DNA from: Lysobacterales bacterium | Lineage (GTDB): Bacteria; Pseudomonadota; Gammaproteobacteria; Xanthomonadales; SZUA-5 | DNA: 64,000 nucleotides | Assembly (NCBI GenBank): GCA_022844165.1 | Contig: JALHMH010000006.1 | Span: 32,001 to 96,000, forward strand | Reading direction: 5' to 3' | Shown here: piece after piece, positions 27,301-38,052 of the stretch | How the letters are laid out: every line of letters starts with the position of its first letter | Numbering within the stretch: position 1 is the first letter of the stretch | Notes under the pieces: generated by a model | Database searches by the model: none | What the model saw: only the letters and a program-made list of their open reading frames with translations | What the model was told of the DNA's origin: nothing | Position numbers and translations under genes: made by a program

Positions 27301-27483
27301 AGAGTCCTTGATGAAGCTGGATCTTGTCATTTGAGTCAAATTTTCGTCGGTGCGGCTTTGGCTGTTGAAGCCCCCTTGAGTACAAGGGGGCGATTGAGCG
27401 CGCAGCGCTCAATGGGGGTTTTGGCAAGTACGGTGTCTGGCGAAGCCAACAATGCTCGGCGGTCTGAGGCGAAGCCTCGCTAG
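27300..27483. mobile_element. MITE-like repeat, shorter copy
   Basis: TAGAGTCCTTGA..TTGAGTCAAATTTTC..GCCCCCTTGAGTACAAGGGG..GAGGCGAAGCCTCGCTAG, shared with 13570-13815. Confidence 0.75.
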
Positions 27484-27698
27484 GGTGTTTACGGCCAGTC
27501 AGTCCATCCGATGAGCCAGATCGAGTGTCGTATCAAAGGTCTCGCCGCTGTGCATCGCCAATCGCAGCAACATCATCAGCGCCTCGCTATCGAGCAAGGC
27601 GCGAACACAAAACCCACGCGACGGGCACCGTCGATGCGCACAAAAACGCGTTTTCTCATCCTGGAAGCCTCATTAGGCGGCCGGCAGTCGACGAGGGC

Positions 27699-28646
27699 TC
27701 AACCACGACGAGCCGCTCGCTTTCTGGTGCCGTTCGGCCTCGCTGCCGCCGTGGTCTTGGTCGGTGCAGCCCTGGCCTTTGCGCTTGCCTTTTTTGCGGG
27801 CTTGGTTTTGGCCTTGCCCTCGACTTTGGCCTTCGTTTTGGTTTTTGCCGCTTTGGGTGGCGGCGGATCGTCGGCCTTGGGCGCCAGCTTGCCGAAGTCG
27901 GGCAGACTCGGGAGCAAACCAGAGACGCGCCCAACCCACGACTTTGCCGATTCTTGAACTTGATCGATCGCGGTGCGCGCGGCGCTCGTTGCCCATTCGA
28001 CCAGCGTGCTCTCGTCGATATTGGTGACCTGTTTCATCAGCTTTGGCCACTCTTCCAATTCGGCATCGCGGAACTTGGCGACCGCTTGCGCGCGCATGCC
28101 GACGGCGTGCGTCAGCGCTATGTTCTTGGTCGCAGCGGTGGCGATGTTGGTGATCGGCAACGCGCGCTTGAGGACGAAGCCGCCGATGACGGCGCCCGCG
28201 TAACGCTTCAGCAATTTGGTGACGATGCTGGACGCGTGCGTCGCGCCGACGTTTGTCGCTGCGATCGCGAGGATCGAAAAGCGCTCTCCCGCTTCACCCA
28301 GATCGACCTCATAAACGGCAAAGGTCTCGAGAACCAATTCCGCTTGCAATGCAACAACGGTTGCGGTGTCGATCACCGGGCCCAAAAACATGCCGGCAAT
28401 TTTTCCAGCACCCGGCAACAGTTCCATCGTCGCAGACAGCGCGCCGATCGCACCTGCCTGCAAACACTTGCTTTGCACCAACAATCGGTGCAGCTCCTCG
28501 GGTTCCGCGTCGGGCATACGTTTGCGCAGCGCGGCGACACGTGCCTTGATCGCGGCACGATCCGCCTTGCGTAGGCTCTTCCACAGCGCTTGGGCGGCGT
28601 CGGGCAACATGCGCGTGTCCTGATCGAGGATGACGGTTGCCATCAT
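27699..28646 (-). CDS. EcsC-like protein with Lys/Ala-rich C-terminal tail
   Basis: GAIGALSATMELLPG..D...LQAELVL..FAVY pattern; histone-like KAKTK tail. Confidence 0.6.
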   Translation of the reverse strand: MMATVILDQDTRMLPDAAQALWKSLRKADRAAIKARVAALRKRMPDAEPEELHRLLVQSKCLQAGAIGALSATMELLPGAGKIAGMFLGPVIDTATVVALQAELVLETFAVYEVDLGEAGERFSILAIAATNVGATHASSIVTKLLKRYAGAVIGGFVLKRALPITNIATAATKNIALTHAVGMRAQAVAKFRDAELEEWPKLMKQVTNIDESTLVEWATSAARTAIDQVQESAKSWVGRVSGLLPSLPDFGKLAPKADDPPPPKAAKTKTKAKVEGKAKTKPAKKASAKARAAPTKTTAAARPNGTRKRAARRG

Positions 28647-28717
28647 CGGTCGAACGGGCGACCGGGGCAATGGGCAATCGTTGCTCCTTTGCGCCGACGC
28701 GCGACTGCCAGTTGCGC

Positions 28718-29974
28718 TCAGACTCGATCGAGAATCGCATAGAAAAACCCGTCCTCGTCGTGTTCGCCCGGCAGATTCTGTTGCCCGGCACCGGCGTCGA
28801 AGCCCCATGCAGCAAACGGTACCGGTGCCAACCGCGCCTCGGGTGTACGCGCCAGAAATGCGGCGATCTGATCGCCGTTTTCGGCGCGCAGTATCGAGCA
28901 GGTCGCATACACCAGACGACCGCCGGGTTTCAGCTTTCGCCACAGCGCATCGAGCAACCGCCGTTGCTCCTCGACCAGCGCGCCGACGTCGCTGGCACGG
29001 CGCAGCAGCTTGATATCCGGATGGCGGCGAATCACCCCGGTGCCGGTGCAAGGTGCATCGATCACGATGCGATCGAAGTCCGTATCGAAGAGGGTGGTCG
29101 CGGCATCGCCAACCAACACTTGGGCGTCGACGCGGCAGCGCTCGAAGGTATCGCGCAGGCGTCCGATGCGTGCAGCATCGCGATCGATGGCGGTCAACAA
29201 CAAGCCGGGAACGGCTTCAACCAGTGCGGCGGCTTTGCCACCGGGCGCCGCGCACGCATCGAGCACGCGCTGGCCGGCGCGCGCAGCGACGGCGGCGACG
29301 ATGCGCTGCGCGGCGGCGTCTTGCACTGATACCGCGCCGAGCGCAAAGTCTGGGAGACGCTCGATCGCAACGGGCGTCACTAATTTCAACGCGTGCGGCG
29401 GATCGTCTGGCATCTCAGCGGCGATGCCGCTCTGCGCCAGGCGCTCGCGATAAAGCTCGCGCCCTGGTCCGCGTGCGTCGATGCGCAACCACATCGGCGG
29501 CGCCTGGTTGGCGGCGGCACAAATCGCCTCCAGGTGCCCTGGCCAATCGCGCGCGATGGCTTCCAGCAACCACGTCGGGTGCTCGTAGCGAGCCTCTGCG
29601 GCTTCCATGGCATGCGCCTCAAGCGCGCTGCGCTCACGCTGAAAACGGCGCAGTACCGCGTTAACGAAACCGGCTGCGCTGGCCTGGATCGATCGCGCGC
29701 CTGCGACGCTCTCGTTCACCGCCGCGTGTGCGGGTGTCGCCAGGAATCGCAACTCGGTCAACGCAACATGCAACAGCGCCAGGATCAGCGGCTTGGGCCG
29801 GCGCTCGCAGAGTTCTTCAATGATCGCCGCGGTGGAAAAATGCTGGCGGCAGGCAGCGTACAGCAGCGCCTGCGCGAATGGCCGGTCGTCAGCTGCGAAT
29901 GTCGCCAGGGCTTGATCGAGGTTGGCGCCATCGAAAATCCGTTTCAGGGCGCGTGCGAGGTTGGCGCGAAGCAT
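28718..29974 (-). CDS. rsmB: 16S rRNA m5C967 methyltransferase
   Basis: VSVQDAAAQ, LDACAAPGGK, DAPCTGTGVIRRHPDIK, YATCS; follows fmt. Confidence 0.95.
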   Translation of the reverse strand: MLRANLARALKRIFDGANLDQALATFAADDRPFAQALLYAACRQHFSTAAIIEELCERRPKPLILALLHVALTELRFLATPAHAAVNESVAGARSIQASAAGFVNAVLRRFQRERSALEAHAMEAAEARYEHPTWLLEAIARDWPGHLEAICAAANQAPPMWLRIDARGPGRELYRERLAQSGIAAEMPDDPPHALKLVTPVAIERLPDFALGAVSVQDAAAQRIVAAVAARAGQRVLDACAAPGGKAAALVEAVPGLLLTAIDRDAARIGRLRDTFERCRVDAQVLVGDAATTLFDTDFDRIVIDAPCTGTGVIRRHPDIKLLRRASDVGALVEEQRRLLDALWRKLKPGGRLVYATCSILRAENGDQIAAFLARTPEARLAPVPFAAWGFDAGAGQQNLPGEHDEDGFFYAILDRV

Positions 29975-29987
29975 GATGGAGTGCGGG

Positions 29988-30893
29988 CTAACGCGAGCCG
30001 CGCGCGTTGACGAAGTCCGCAGCGTCGATCACGCGCCCACCGGCACGCTGCAATTTCAGAATCGCCAGAGCGCCTTGACCGCACGCGATCACCAATCGGC
30101 TGCGCGAATGGCGCACGATTTCGCCCGGTGTGCCGCTGGCTTCGACGGGTTCCGCCGCGTGGATACGCACGCGCTCGCCGTCGATGACGGCTTCGGCGAT
30201 CGGCCAGGGGTTGAATGCGCGAATCTTGCGATCGATCGCCACTGCGCTCGCTGTCCAGTCGATCGATGCTTCGGCTTTGTCGATTTTGTGCGCGTATTCG
30301 ATGCCCTCGCTCGATTGCGTGCGCGGTATCAGTTCAATGCCGGATTGCACATCGAGCAGTGCTTGACGCAGCACTCCGGCGCCGAGTTGCGCCAGACGAT
30401 CGTGCAGGCTCGCCGAAGTGTCGTCCGCGGCGATAGGCGTGCGCACTTCGCGCAGCACTGGCCCGGTGTCGAGGCCCGCTTCCATCTGCATCAAATCCAC
30501 GCCCGTTTCCGCGTCGCCCGCCAAAATCGCGCGCTGAATGGGCGCCGCACCGCGCCAGCGCGGCAACAGGCTCGCATGCAAATTCCAGGCGCCGCGGGTT
30601 GGCATCGCCAGCACCGCTTTGGGCAAGATCAAACCGTAGGCCACCACGACCATCAGATCTGCACGGTACGCCGCGAGCGATTCCTGGACTTCAGCAGGTT
30701 TCAGTGATTCAGGCTGTTCGACGACAATGCCCGCGTCGATGGCGCGTTGTTTGACGGCGCTTGGCGTCAGCTGCCGACCGCGGCCCGCCGGGCGATCCGG
30801 CTGGGTGTACGCCGCAACACATTCGCAGGTGTCGAGTACCGCTTCGAACGCAGGCACTGAAAACGCCGGCGTGCCGGCGAAAATCACCCTCAT
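29988..30893 (-). CDS. fmt: Methionyl-tRNA formyltransferase
   Basis: [36 protein letters not shown]. Confidence 0.97.
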   Translation of the reverse strand: MRVIFAGTPAFSVPAFEAVLDTCECVAAYTQPDRPAGRGRQLTPSAVKQRAIDAGIVVEQPESLKPAEVQESLAAYRADLMVVVAYGLILPKAVLAMPTRGAWNLHASLLPRWRGAAPIQRAILAGDAETGVDLMQMEAGLDTGPVLREVRTPIAADDTSASLHDRLAQLGAGVLRQALLDVQSGIELIPRTQSSEGIEYAHKIDKAEASIDWTASAVAIDRKIRAFNPWPIAEAVIDGERVRIHAAEPVEASGTPGEIVRHSRSRLVIACGQGALAILKLQRAGGRVIDAADFVNARGSR

Positions 30894-31393
30894 GCGGCTT
30901 GCCGACGGCGCTTGTCGAGCTTGCGCTGCACCATTTGCCGTTTCAGTGGCGACAAATAGTCGACGAACACCTTACCGGCCAGATGGTCCATTTCGTGTTG
31001 GATACAAACCGCGAGCAAACCCGATGCTGCGATGCGCTGCGGCTGGCCGTGGCGATCCAGGCATTCGACGACGATGTGATCGGCGCGATCGACGTCGGCA
31101 AAAATGCCGGGCACCGACAGGCAGCCCTCCTGATAGGTTTGCACGCCCTCGCGTTCGACGATTTTCGGGTTGATGACCACCAGCGGCTGGTCTTTGTTCT
31201 CGCTGACGTCCATGACGATCAGCTGGCGATGATCATCGACTTGTGTGGCTGCCAGGCCAATGCCTGGCGCGGCGTACATGGTTTCGAACATGTCGTCGAT
31301 GCGCGTTTGCAGGGCGGCATCGAATTCCGCGATGGGTTTGGCGACCGTACGCAAACGTTCGTCGGGAAACTCGAGAATCGTTAGAAGGGCCAT
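30890..31393 (-). CDS. def: Peptide deformylase
   Basis: [24 protein letters not shown]. Confidence 0.97.
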   Translation of the reverse strand: MALLTILEFPDERLRTVAKPIAEFDAALQTRIDDMFETMYAAPGIGLAATQVDDHRQLIVMDVSENKDQPLVVINPKIVEREGVQTYQEGCLSVPGIFADVDRADHIVVECLDRHGQPQRIAASGLLAVCIQHEMDHLAGKVFVDYLSPLKRQMVQRKLDKRRRQAA

Positions 31394-31500
31394 AGCGTTG
31401 GACTCCAGTTGCTGCCGCACAGCTTGGGGCGATTGGGTAGAAGTTTCAAGGCCCGGCCGAGTTCGTGGTCGGATTTGCGTCGGGTACAGAGAGATCTGCC

Positions 31501-32883
31501 TTAGCCTCGGAATCCGGGCATTCCACCAAAACCACCGCCGCCACCCAGGCCCTTGAGGGCGCGCAGCATGCCGCGCATGCCGCCGCCGGAGAGCTTTTTC
31601 ATCATCTTTTCCATCGTCATGTACTGCTTCATCAGCTTGTTCACATCCGATGGGTGCGTGCCCGAACCCTTGGCGATGCGCGCGCGCCGCGAGCCATTCA
31701 AGAGATCAGGAAAGCGCCGTTCCTTCTTGGTCATCGAGTTGATGATCGCGATCATCTTGCGCACTTCTTTGTCGCCCATGGCACCAACCGCGGATGGATC
31801 GTCGATTTTCGGCAACATCGGCATCTTGTCCATCAACTGCGCCATGCCGCCCATGCCCTGCATCTGCTGCAGCTGATCGCGCATATCCGATAGATCGAAC
31901 TTCTTGCCGCTGACCACTTTTTTGGCCAGCTTCTCCATCGTGTCCTGATCGGCCTTGCGCGTCACATCCTCGATCAGCGACATCACGTCGCCCATGCCCA
32001 GGATGCGCGAGGCCACGCGGTCCGGATGGAACGGCTCGAGGGCATCGAGCTTCTCGCCCGCGCCCATGAACTTGATCGGTCGGCCGGTCAGATAGCGCAC
32101 CGACAACGCCGCACCGCCGCGAGCGTCGCCGTCGGTTTTGGTCAGAATCACGCCGGTCAATGGCAAGGCTTCGGCAAAGGCCTTGGCGGTGTTCGCCGCG
32201 TCCTGGCCGGTCATGCTATCGACCACGAACAGTGTCTCGATCGGTTGCAGCGCCCGGTGCAACTCAGCAACCTCGGTCATCATCGCTTGATCGATGGCCA
32301 GCCGCCCGGCCGTGTCGACAATCAGCACGTCTGCCAGCGAGCGTTTGGCGGCTTCGAGCGCGGCACGCGCAATGTCCAACGGGCGTTGCTCAGGCGTGCT
32401 CTCGAAAAACGTCGCTTCCACTTGCCCGGCCACGGTTTTCAACTGCTCGATGGCCGCGGGCCGATAGACATCGCAGCTCACGACCATGACGCGTTTCTTC
32501 TTGCGCTCACGCAACAGTCGCGCCAATTTGCCGGTGGTTGTGGTTTTCCCGGAGCCCTGCAGGCCGGCCATCAAAATCACCGCCGGCGCCGGACAATTCA
32601 GATTCAGATCCTCGTTGCGCGCGCCCATCACCGCAACCAGTTCGTCGTTGACGATCTTGATCAGCGTCTGGCCCGGCGACAGGCTTTGCAAAACCTCCTG
32701 GCCGATCGCGCGCGCTTTGACGCGTTCGATCAACGCCTGTACCACAGGCAGTGCCACGTCCGCTTCCAACAGCGCAATGCGAACTTCGCGCAGTGCCTCG
32801 CGAATGTTCTCTTCGCTCAAGCGCCCGCGCCCGCGCAGCTTATTGATCGTATCGGAGAGGCGTTTGCTTAAGTTTTCGAACAT
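31501..32883 (-). CDS. ffh: Signal recognition particle protein
   Basis: [33 protein letters not shown] domain; start MFENLS at 32883. Confidence 0.98.
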   Translation of the reverse strand: MFENLSKRLSDTINKLRGRGRLSEENIREALREVRIALLEADVALPVVQALIERVKARAIGQEVLQSLSPGQTLIKIVNDELVAVMGARNEDLNLNCPAPAVILMAGLQGSGKTTTTGKLARLLRERKKKRVMVVSCDVYRPAAIEQLKTVAGQVEATFFESTPEQRPLDIARAALEAAKRSLADVLIVDTAGRLAIDQAMMTEVAELHRALQPIETLFVVDSMTGQDAANTAKAFAEALPLTGVILTKTDGDARGGAALSVRYLTGRPIKFMGAGEKLDALEPFHPDRVASRILGMGDVMSLIEDVTRKADQDTMEKLAKKVVSGKKFDLSDMRDQLQQMQGMGGMAQLMDKMPMLPKIDDPSAVGAMGDKEVRKMIAIINSMTKKERRFPDLLNGSRRARIAKGSGTHPSDVNKLMKQYMTMEKMMKKLSGGGMRGMLRALKGLGGGGGFGGMPGFRG

Positions 32884-33096
32884 GAGTCCAGGCCGGAGCG
32901 CTTCGAGGGGCGCGATTCTAATGGGAACGCGCTGCTTCCTGCTCGGCGATCGAGCATCCGCCTGGCTCGCCCACTTCATGGCATCGCGAGGATATGGCCT
33001 GAGTTCATAGTAGCGGTGCGTCGTTTCTCGACTGACCGGACTTCGCGACGAACGCGATGAACGCGCGGGCAAGGCGTTCCGAGGGAAGCGCATTGA

Positions 33097-33167
33097 GGAG
33101 GGCGCTGCTCCTGCGGCGCTCGCATGTTCCATATGCTGCCAGCGGCGGCGCAGGAGCGGCGCCCTCC
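33097..33167. repeat. REP-like inverted repeat
   Basis: GGAGGGCGCTGCTCCTGCG (33097-33115) pairs with CGCAGGAGCGGCGCCCTCC (33149-33167) with one G-U. Confidence 0.6.
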
Positions 33168-33229
33168 CGCGGATGGTCTCCAATACGTCGATGTTTCTCC
33201 GGGCTGGCCGTCGCTCGAGACCGCGAGGG

Positions 33230-33721
33230 CTAATCCGGCAGATACAGGCCCAAAAAGCTGATGGACCACTGCTGGCCATCGTCCGAAACCTCCCATTTCT
33301 GCTGCACCTTCCCCTCCGCCTGCGGCGTCCAGGTGATCCGTTGTCGCTGCACACCGCCGTTTGCTGCGGCCAACTCACCTTCCATCAACATCACGCCATC
33401 GATCAGTTTGCCTTCCAGGCTCAACACCACGCCGTCGCCGCCCACCCAGAACTGTCGCCAAACCCGGTGATTAGCGTCCCAGGCGTTGAGACTCATACCG
33501 TTCATTCCGCCTGCGCCGGACCAATACTCGACGACTCGGCAACCGTCTTTGCTGCGTTCGATTCGATTCTTGCCCTGGAACTGATCGCCGTTGCGCCCGC
33601 CCATCACGCGCCAGTTGCCCAGCCAGAAGTCGAACTGTCGATGCTCTGCGCCAGAGCAGGGTGTCGCAGCGGCTGCTTCAGATGCAGCCAGGATCAAGAG
33701 AACAAATAACAATAAGTGCAT
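33230..33721 (-). CDS. Small secreted beta-barrel protein (DUF1579-like)
   Basis: Signal peptide; C...EHRQFDFWLGNW motif; QKWEVSDDG..W; RBS GGAG. Confidence 0.7.
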   Translation of the reverse strand: MHLLLFVLLILAASEAAAATPCSGAEHRQFDFWLGNWRVMGGRNGDQFQGKNRIERSKDGCRVVEYWSGAGGMNGMSLNAWDANHRVWRQFWVGGDGVVLSLEGKLIDGVMLMEGELAAANGGVQRQRITWTPQAEGKVQQKWEVSDDGQQWSISFLGLYLPD

Positions 33722-33756
33722 TGCGAATACTCCATTGTGCAACTGCAGTAAGGAAA

Positions 33757-35730
33757 TCAACGGCAGCCCAGTCCTCTGGGCTGGGTTAGGCGGGTCAGTG
33801 TCATCGACCCGGTTCCAAACGCTGTGCCGAGCGTGTAGTCCACACGGCCCCGGCTGCAGGATGTCATCGACAAACGCAACTCGCCGATGGTGCTGCGCTG
33901 CACCGTCGTGGGATTGAATCCGTCGACAAAACGTCCTCCTTGTGTGCGCTCGGCGCGTAACACAGCGACGCCATTTTCGATGCGGCCCGTGCCTAGAATC
34001 CACGCCGGCTGACCGTTCTGGTCGAAGGTGTACCAGGTGGCGAGCACGTTGCCATCCGCCAGATTTTCGACCAGCAGGCCATGGCCGCTTTGTGCCGGAT
34101 CGAACCAGGCACCCGTCATGCCGTGTATTGCGCCGCTGGCGATCGCAGCGCTGCCGCAAGCAACACCATTGGGCGTACTCAAGCGTTGCATCGGGAAGCT
34201 GCCGGTACCGTAGGGTGCATTGAGCTCGTAATCGATGCGCGCGCCGGAACAAGACGCGAATTGGATGCGCAGTTGCCCGAGTGGGCGCTGTGTGGTTGCA
34301 CCACTTTGCCAGTTCGGGATGAAACGCGCCCCGATGCCGGTGATGTCAAATACGTTGATTTGGGCGATTCCATTGGCGATCGCTCCAGTTCCGAAGAACC
34401 AGCGTTGCGCGCCGCTACCGGCCGGGTCGTAGGTGAACCACGAGGCCAAAACGGTGTTGTCCGGCAACTGCTCCAGTAACAATCCATGGCCATCCTGCGC
34501 AGGGTTGAACCACGCGCCGGTCACGTCCAACGAATTGACCACAATGCTGCCGGCATAAACGTCGGCGAAATTTCCCGGCGGGCTACTGATCAGAAAGTCC
34601 AGCGCACCATCGCCCGTGACGTCGCCAATCCCGACCGCGTCGAAGCCGAATTGTGCGCCTGGACGGGCGCCGTTGATCGTGACCAGCACGCTCTGATCGG
34701 CGCCACTGAACACGCGAACGCGACCGCCTTGACCCAGACCAGCGCCGCTGAAGGTGTACGAACCAATGATCAAGTCAGCATGGCCATCGCCATTCACGTC
34801 ACCTGCTGAGCGCCCGGGGCCCATGCCTTCGCTTTGCGTGCCGGCAAGCCGGAACAGGCGATTACCGGTCCGCCCGGAGAACACGTAGGCCGCGCCACCA
34901 GCACCTTCCGTGTAGGCGCCGACGTACACATCGCTGCGTCCGTCGGCATTCACATCGCCGGCATTGGCCACGAAAAACTCGCCGAAGCGACCCAGCGCAT
35001 CGGCCGTCAAGGTGTACAGCAACTGCCCAGATGCGCCGGAGTACACAAATGCGCGCCCGGGTGCATCACTCGGAGCGCCGATCACGTACTCGCCGACGCC
35101 ATCGCCGTTGAGATCGCCCAAACGCGCAGCCCCAGCGCCAAATTCGGTGCCGGGCGCGCTGTCATGCGTGCGCAGAATCGCGCCGTTCGCGCCCGAAAAC
35201 ACCAAGGCGACGGCGCTCGACGAAGCGCCTGCCAGCAGTTCCGGCACGCCGTCGCCATCCAGATCATCGAGTCCGCTGACGGCCGAACCGAAGCCGAACG
35301 TCCCAGGCGATGGCACCAGGCTGGCCAGTTGTGCGCCGTCGCGTCCCGATAACAACATCACCGCGCCGCCCGATGGTGCGTTGCGCCCCCCGGCGATCAC
35401 ATCCGAAACGCCGTCGCGATTGATATCACCGGCAGCCGCCACCGACCAGCCCAGGCTCGCAAGGCCCGGCGACGCGCTCCACAACGCCGCGTCGCGGGTT
35501 GTGGACCAGGCGGCGACGGTACCGGTCCGCTGAGCGCCGGTAATGAAGTCGCGCCGACCATCGCCATCGAGGTCCGGCATGTCGGCCACCGCAAAGCCGA
35601 TGCCCGGCGCCGAATAACTGCGCAGCAACTGCGGTGGCTGCTGAGCCGACGCGATGAAAGGCAGTCCCGCGAGCAAAGCTGCGCCGAACCAGAGCCTGTG
35701 AATTGAAAAAACTTGTAGTGTATTGCGCAT
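33757..35730 (-). CDS. Secreted FG-GAP (integrin-alpha-like) repeat protein with two C-terminal repeated domains
   Basis: Multiple GD(L/V)NGDG..D...GA repeats; two TGAWF(N/D)PAQ.GHGLL units. Confidence 0.85.
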   Translation of the reverse strand: MRNTLQVFSIHRLWFGAALLAGLPFIASAQQPPQLLRSYSAPGIGFAVADMPDLDGDGRRDFITGAQRTGTVAAWSTTRDAALWSASPGLASLGWSVAAAGDINRDGVSDVIAGGRNAPSGGAVMLLSGRDGAQLASLVPSPGTFGFGSAVSGLDDLDGDGVPELLAGASSSAVALVFSGANGAILRTHDSAPGTEFGAGAARLGDLNGDGVGEYVIGAPSDAPGRAFVYSGASGQLLYTLTADALGRFGEFFVANAGDVNADGRSDVYVGAYTEGAGGAAYVFSGRTGNRLFRLAGTQSEGMGPGRSAGDVNGDGHADLIIGSYTFSGAGLGQGGRVRVFSGADQSVLVTINGARPGAQFGFDAVGIGDVTGDGALDFLISSPPGNFADVYAGSIVVNSLDVTGAWFNPAQDGHGLLLEQLPDNTVLASWFTYDPAGSGAQRWFFGTGAIANGIAQINVFDITGIGARFIPNWQSGATTQRPLGQLRIQFASCSGARIDYELNAPYGTGSFPMQRLSTPNGVACGSAAIASGAIHGMTGAWFDPAQSGHGLLVENLADGNVLATWYTFDQNGQPAWILGTGRIENGVAVLRAERTQGGRFVDGFNPTTVQRSTIGELRLSMTSCSRGRVDYTLGTAFGTGSMTLTRLTQPRGLGCR

Positions 35731-35798
35731 TGTTGCACTCCTGGTGTTAGGAGTTCTTAGTCAAAGCGCACGCAATGCTGTCCGTCAGGATGTTGTTC

Positions 35799-35824
35799 CG
35801 AAGTTTCGACGAAGCTTTGACGAA
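35799..35824. promoter_or_regulatory. Three 11-bp-spaced direct repeats (possible OmpR/PhoB-type wHTH site)
   Basis: CGAA at 35799, 35810 and 35821 (CCGAAGTTTCG ACGAAGCTTTG ACGAAA) in the divergent intergenic region. Confidence 0.45.
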
Positions 35825-35862
35825 AACGCGATGAATCAAGCCGCAGCAGCGTACAAGAGAGG

Positions 35863-38034
35863 TTGAAAGTGCAATTGGTGGAGCAGCGCTTTGCGATTGG
35901 CGAGCAGATCTTCGATGGAGGAACACTGACGCTTAGCTCAGCCGACGCCCACACCCGCCTGCCACTGAAGGCCGCCCAGGTTTTGATCGTGTTGGCCGAA
36001 CACGTCGGGCATACGGTGACGCGCGACACGCTACTCGATCGCGTCTGGCCCGATCAATTTCGCACGCCGGATGTGCTCACACAGGTGATCGTCGAACTGC
36101 GACGCGCTTTGCACGGCGGCGCGTCGGTGCTGGTCACGGTGCCGAAAGTCGGCTATCGGCTGCAGGCGGAGGTCACTCGACTCGGGACGGAAATGACTTC
36201 CGCCGACGCCGCGCCCGTCGCAGACACGCTCGACCTCAAACCGCAGTTAGCACCGGTTGAGGCGGCGGAGCTCATCGCGCCCGCACCTGGCCAGGAACAC
36301 CCGCCGCCAGCGACCGGGCCGAAATCGTCGTGGGCAAGTGTTTTTTGGGTCGCTGTTGTCTCGCTCGCGATGATTGGTCTCTGGCATTGGTCGCGACTCC
36401 CGTCCACAAAGACGAATACGGAGAGCTCGTCGATCTTGCCCGCGCCAGCCATCGAAATTCTCAGCGCCGATCCGGCATCGGAGCGCTGGCCAGCATTGTC
36501 GCCGGATGGCAGTCGCGTCGCCTATTCGGTTCTGCGCAGCAACGGCCATCGCGAAGTGGTGGTGCAAATTCCTGGCAGCAGCGCCCAAACGCCGCTGCTC
36601 AGCGATGCGACGGCCGACCAGGCACATCCGGTTTGGGCGCCGGACGGACGAGAAGTTGCGTTCTTGAGTTTTTCCGGTCAGGACTGTGTTGTGCGCGCGG
36701 TGGCGGCCATGGGCGGCGCCTCTCGTGTGTTGCGCAACTGCATTCCGAGCGTCATCAGCTGGTTCCAATGGCCAACGCCGGATACGCTCTATACCACCTA
36801 CATGACGCCGGACTCGCCAGGGCTGCGAATTCACCGTCAATGGCTGAACTCAGACCGGGATGAAGTCCTCCAATATCCGCGGCGCGAAAACGATCACGAT
36901 TCCGAGCCGAAGCTCTCGCCCACTGGTCGCTACTTGGCGTTCCGCCGTGGCCGCAGGTTTAGCAACCTGATGTTGCTCGATCAGCAAAGCGGCCAGTTGC
37001 AGGAGGTTACGGCAGCAGCATCCTGGTTGACCGGTCACACCTGGCTTGGCGACGAAGGTCTGTTGATTTATGCCACCGATGCCTACGGACCTTCCGAGCT
37101 GGTCGCCTTCGATCCCGCAACGTCCCGGCGCCAGCGTCTGAGCGTCGCACCGGCCCGACATCCGAGCGCCGCAACTGGTACGCGAATGTTGGCCTACGAA
37201 TGGCCGCGGCAGCAGACACAACTCTGGTCTTTTCAGCTGCACGGCGAGGATGACGGGCTTCCGGTGTTGCCGCCGTCCACCGGTAGCGATCGTGCGGCCC
37301 AGTTTTCGCCTGACGGTGCAAGCCTGGCTTTTGTTTCGAATCGCAGCGGTGCAGATCAGCTCTGGATCGTACGCGGCCAGACGGCGGCGCAGCAGCTGAG
37401 TCAATTGCAAGGCCAGCGCGTCCGCGAGGTCGCCTGGCACCCGGACGGCAAGTCGCTGTTGATCGTGACGTCTTCGGCAGAACGCTGGGATGCACTCGCG
37501 CTGGATGTCGCCACGCGTCGCGAGCAGCCGGTCCAGGGCATCCCGGGTTCGATTCGCTCCCTGCACGGCTCGCGAACGGCAGGGCGATTGTTAGCCATCA
37601 CCGAGATCGATGGCGCGCTGCATCTGCTGGTGTTGGACCGAGACCAGGACCGATGGACCACGACGAGGCAACTCCTGGGCGGCAATCGCGTTGCAGAGGC
37701 CGCCGATGGACGGCTGCTGCTGACCTTGGAAGGTCTGCCTGGGCTTTATCAACTGCGGCCAGAGGATGCCGAACCGGTGTTGTTGAGCGACCGAATCAAT
37801 CTCGTGAATCAGACGTCCTGGACCATCGCCGACGACCGCGTCTGGTTTATCCAATGGACCAGCCCGCCGACGCTCCGGACGCTCGATGAGAACGGCGAAA
37901 CCAGCATCGTCCGCGAACTCCGCCGCGGCGCGCAGGCCGCGCCACTGGTGCCGGAAATCGCCATCGCTAACGGGCGCCTCGTTATGACCGCCATGAACCA
38001 GGATCAAACTGACATCGCACTGCTGCGCTGGTGA
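35863..38034 (+). CDS. CadC/ToxR-like membrane-anchored regulator: wHTH + TM + PD40/TolB-like beta-propellers
   Basis: VTRDTLLDRVW..DVLTQVIVELRRAL..VTVPKVGYRL wHTH; TM segment; P(A/V)(L/W/F)SPDG repeats. Confidence 0.88.
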   Translation: MKVQLVEQRFAIGEQIFDGGTLTLSSADAHTRLPLKAAQVLIVLAEHVGHTVTRDTLLDRVWPDQFRTPDVLTQVIVELRRALHGGASVLVTVPKVGYRLQAEVTRLGTEMTSADAAPVADTLDLKPQLAPVEAAELIAPAPGQEHPPPATGPKSSWASVFWVAVVSLAMIGLWHWSRLPSTKTNTESSSILPAPAIEILSADPASERWPALSPDGSRVAYSVLRSNGHREVVVQIPGSSAQTPLLSDATADQAHPVWAPDGREVAFLSFSGQDCVVRAVAAMGGASRVLRNCIPSVISWFQWPTPDTLYTTYMTPDSPGLRIHRQWLNSDRDEVLQYPRRENDHDSEPKLSPTGRYLAFRRGRRFSNLMLLDQQSGQLQEVTAAASWLTGHTWLGDEGLLIYATDAYGPSELVAFDPATSRRQRLSVAPARHPSAATGTRMLAYEWPRQQTQLWSFQLHGEDDGLPVLPPSTGSDRAAQFSPDGASLAFVSNRSGADQLWIVRGQTAAQQLSQLQGQRVREVAWHPDGKSLLIVTSSAERWDALALDVATRREQPVQGIPGSIRSLHGSRTAGRLLAITEIDGALHLLVLDRDQDRWTTTRQLLGGNRVAEAADGRLLLTLEGLPGLYQLRPEDAEPVLLSDRINLVNQTSWTIADDRVWFIQWTSPPTLRTLDENGETSIVRELRRGAQAAPLVPEIAIANGRLVMTAMNQDQTDIALLRW

Positions 38035-38052
38035 ATTTGTCTCGTGCTTCGG

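Noticed and set aside
32884-33378. Long N-terminal extension of Ffh in the ORF track (similar extensions for OmpA, ppx, EcsC-like, coaE)
   Set aside because: Homology begins at downstream Met codons; the extensions overlap other genes or repeats.
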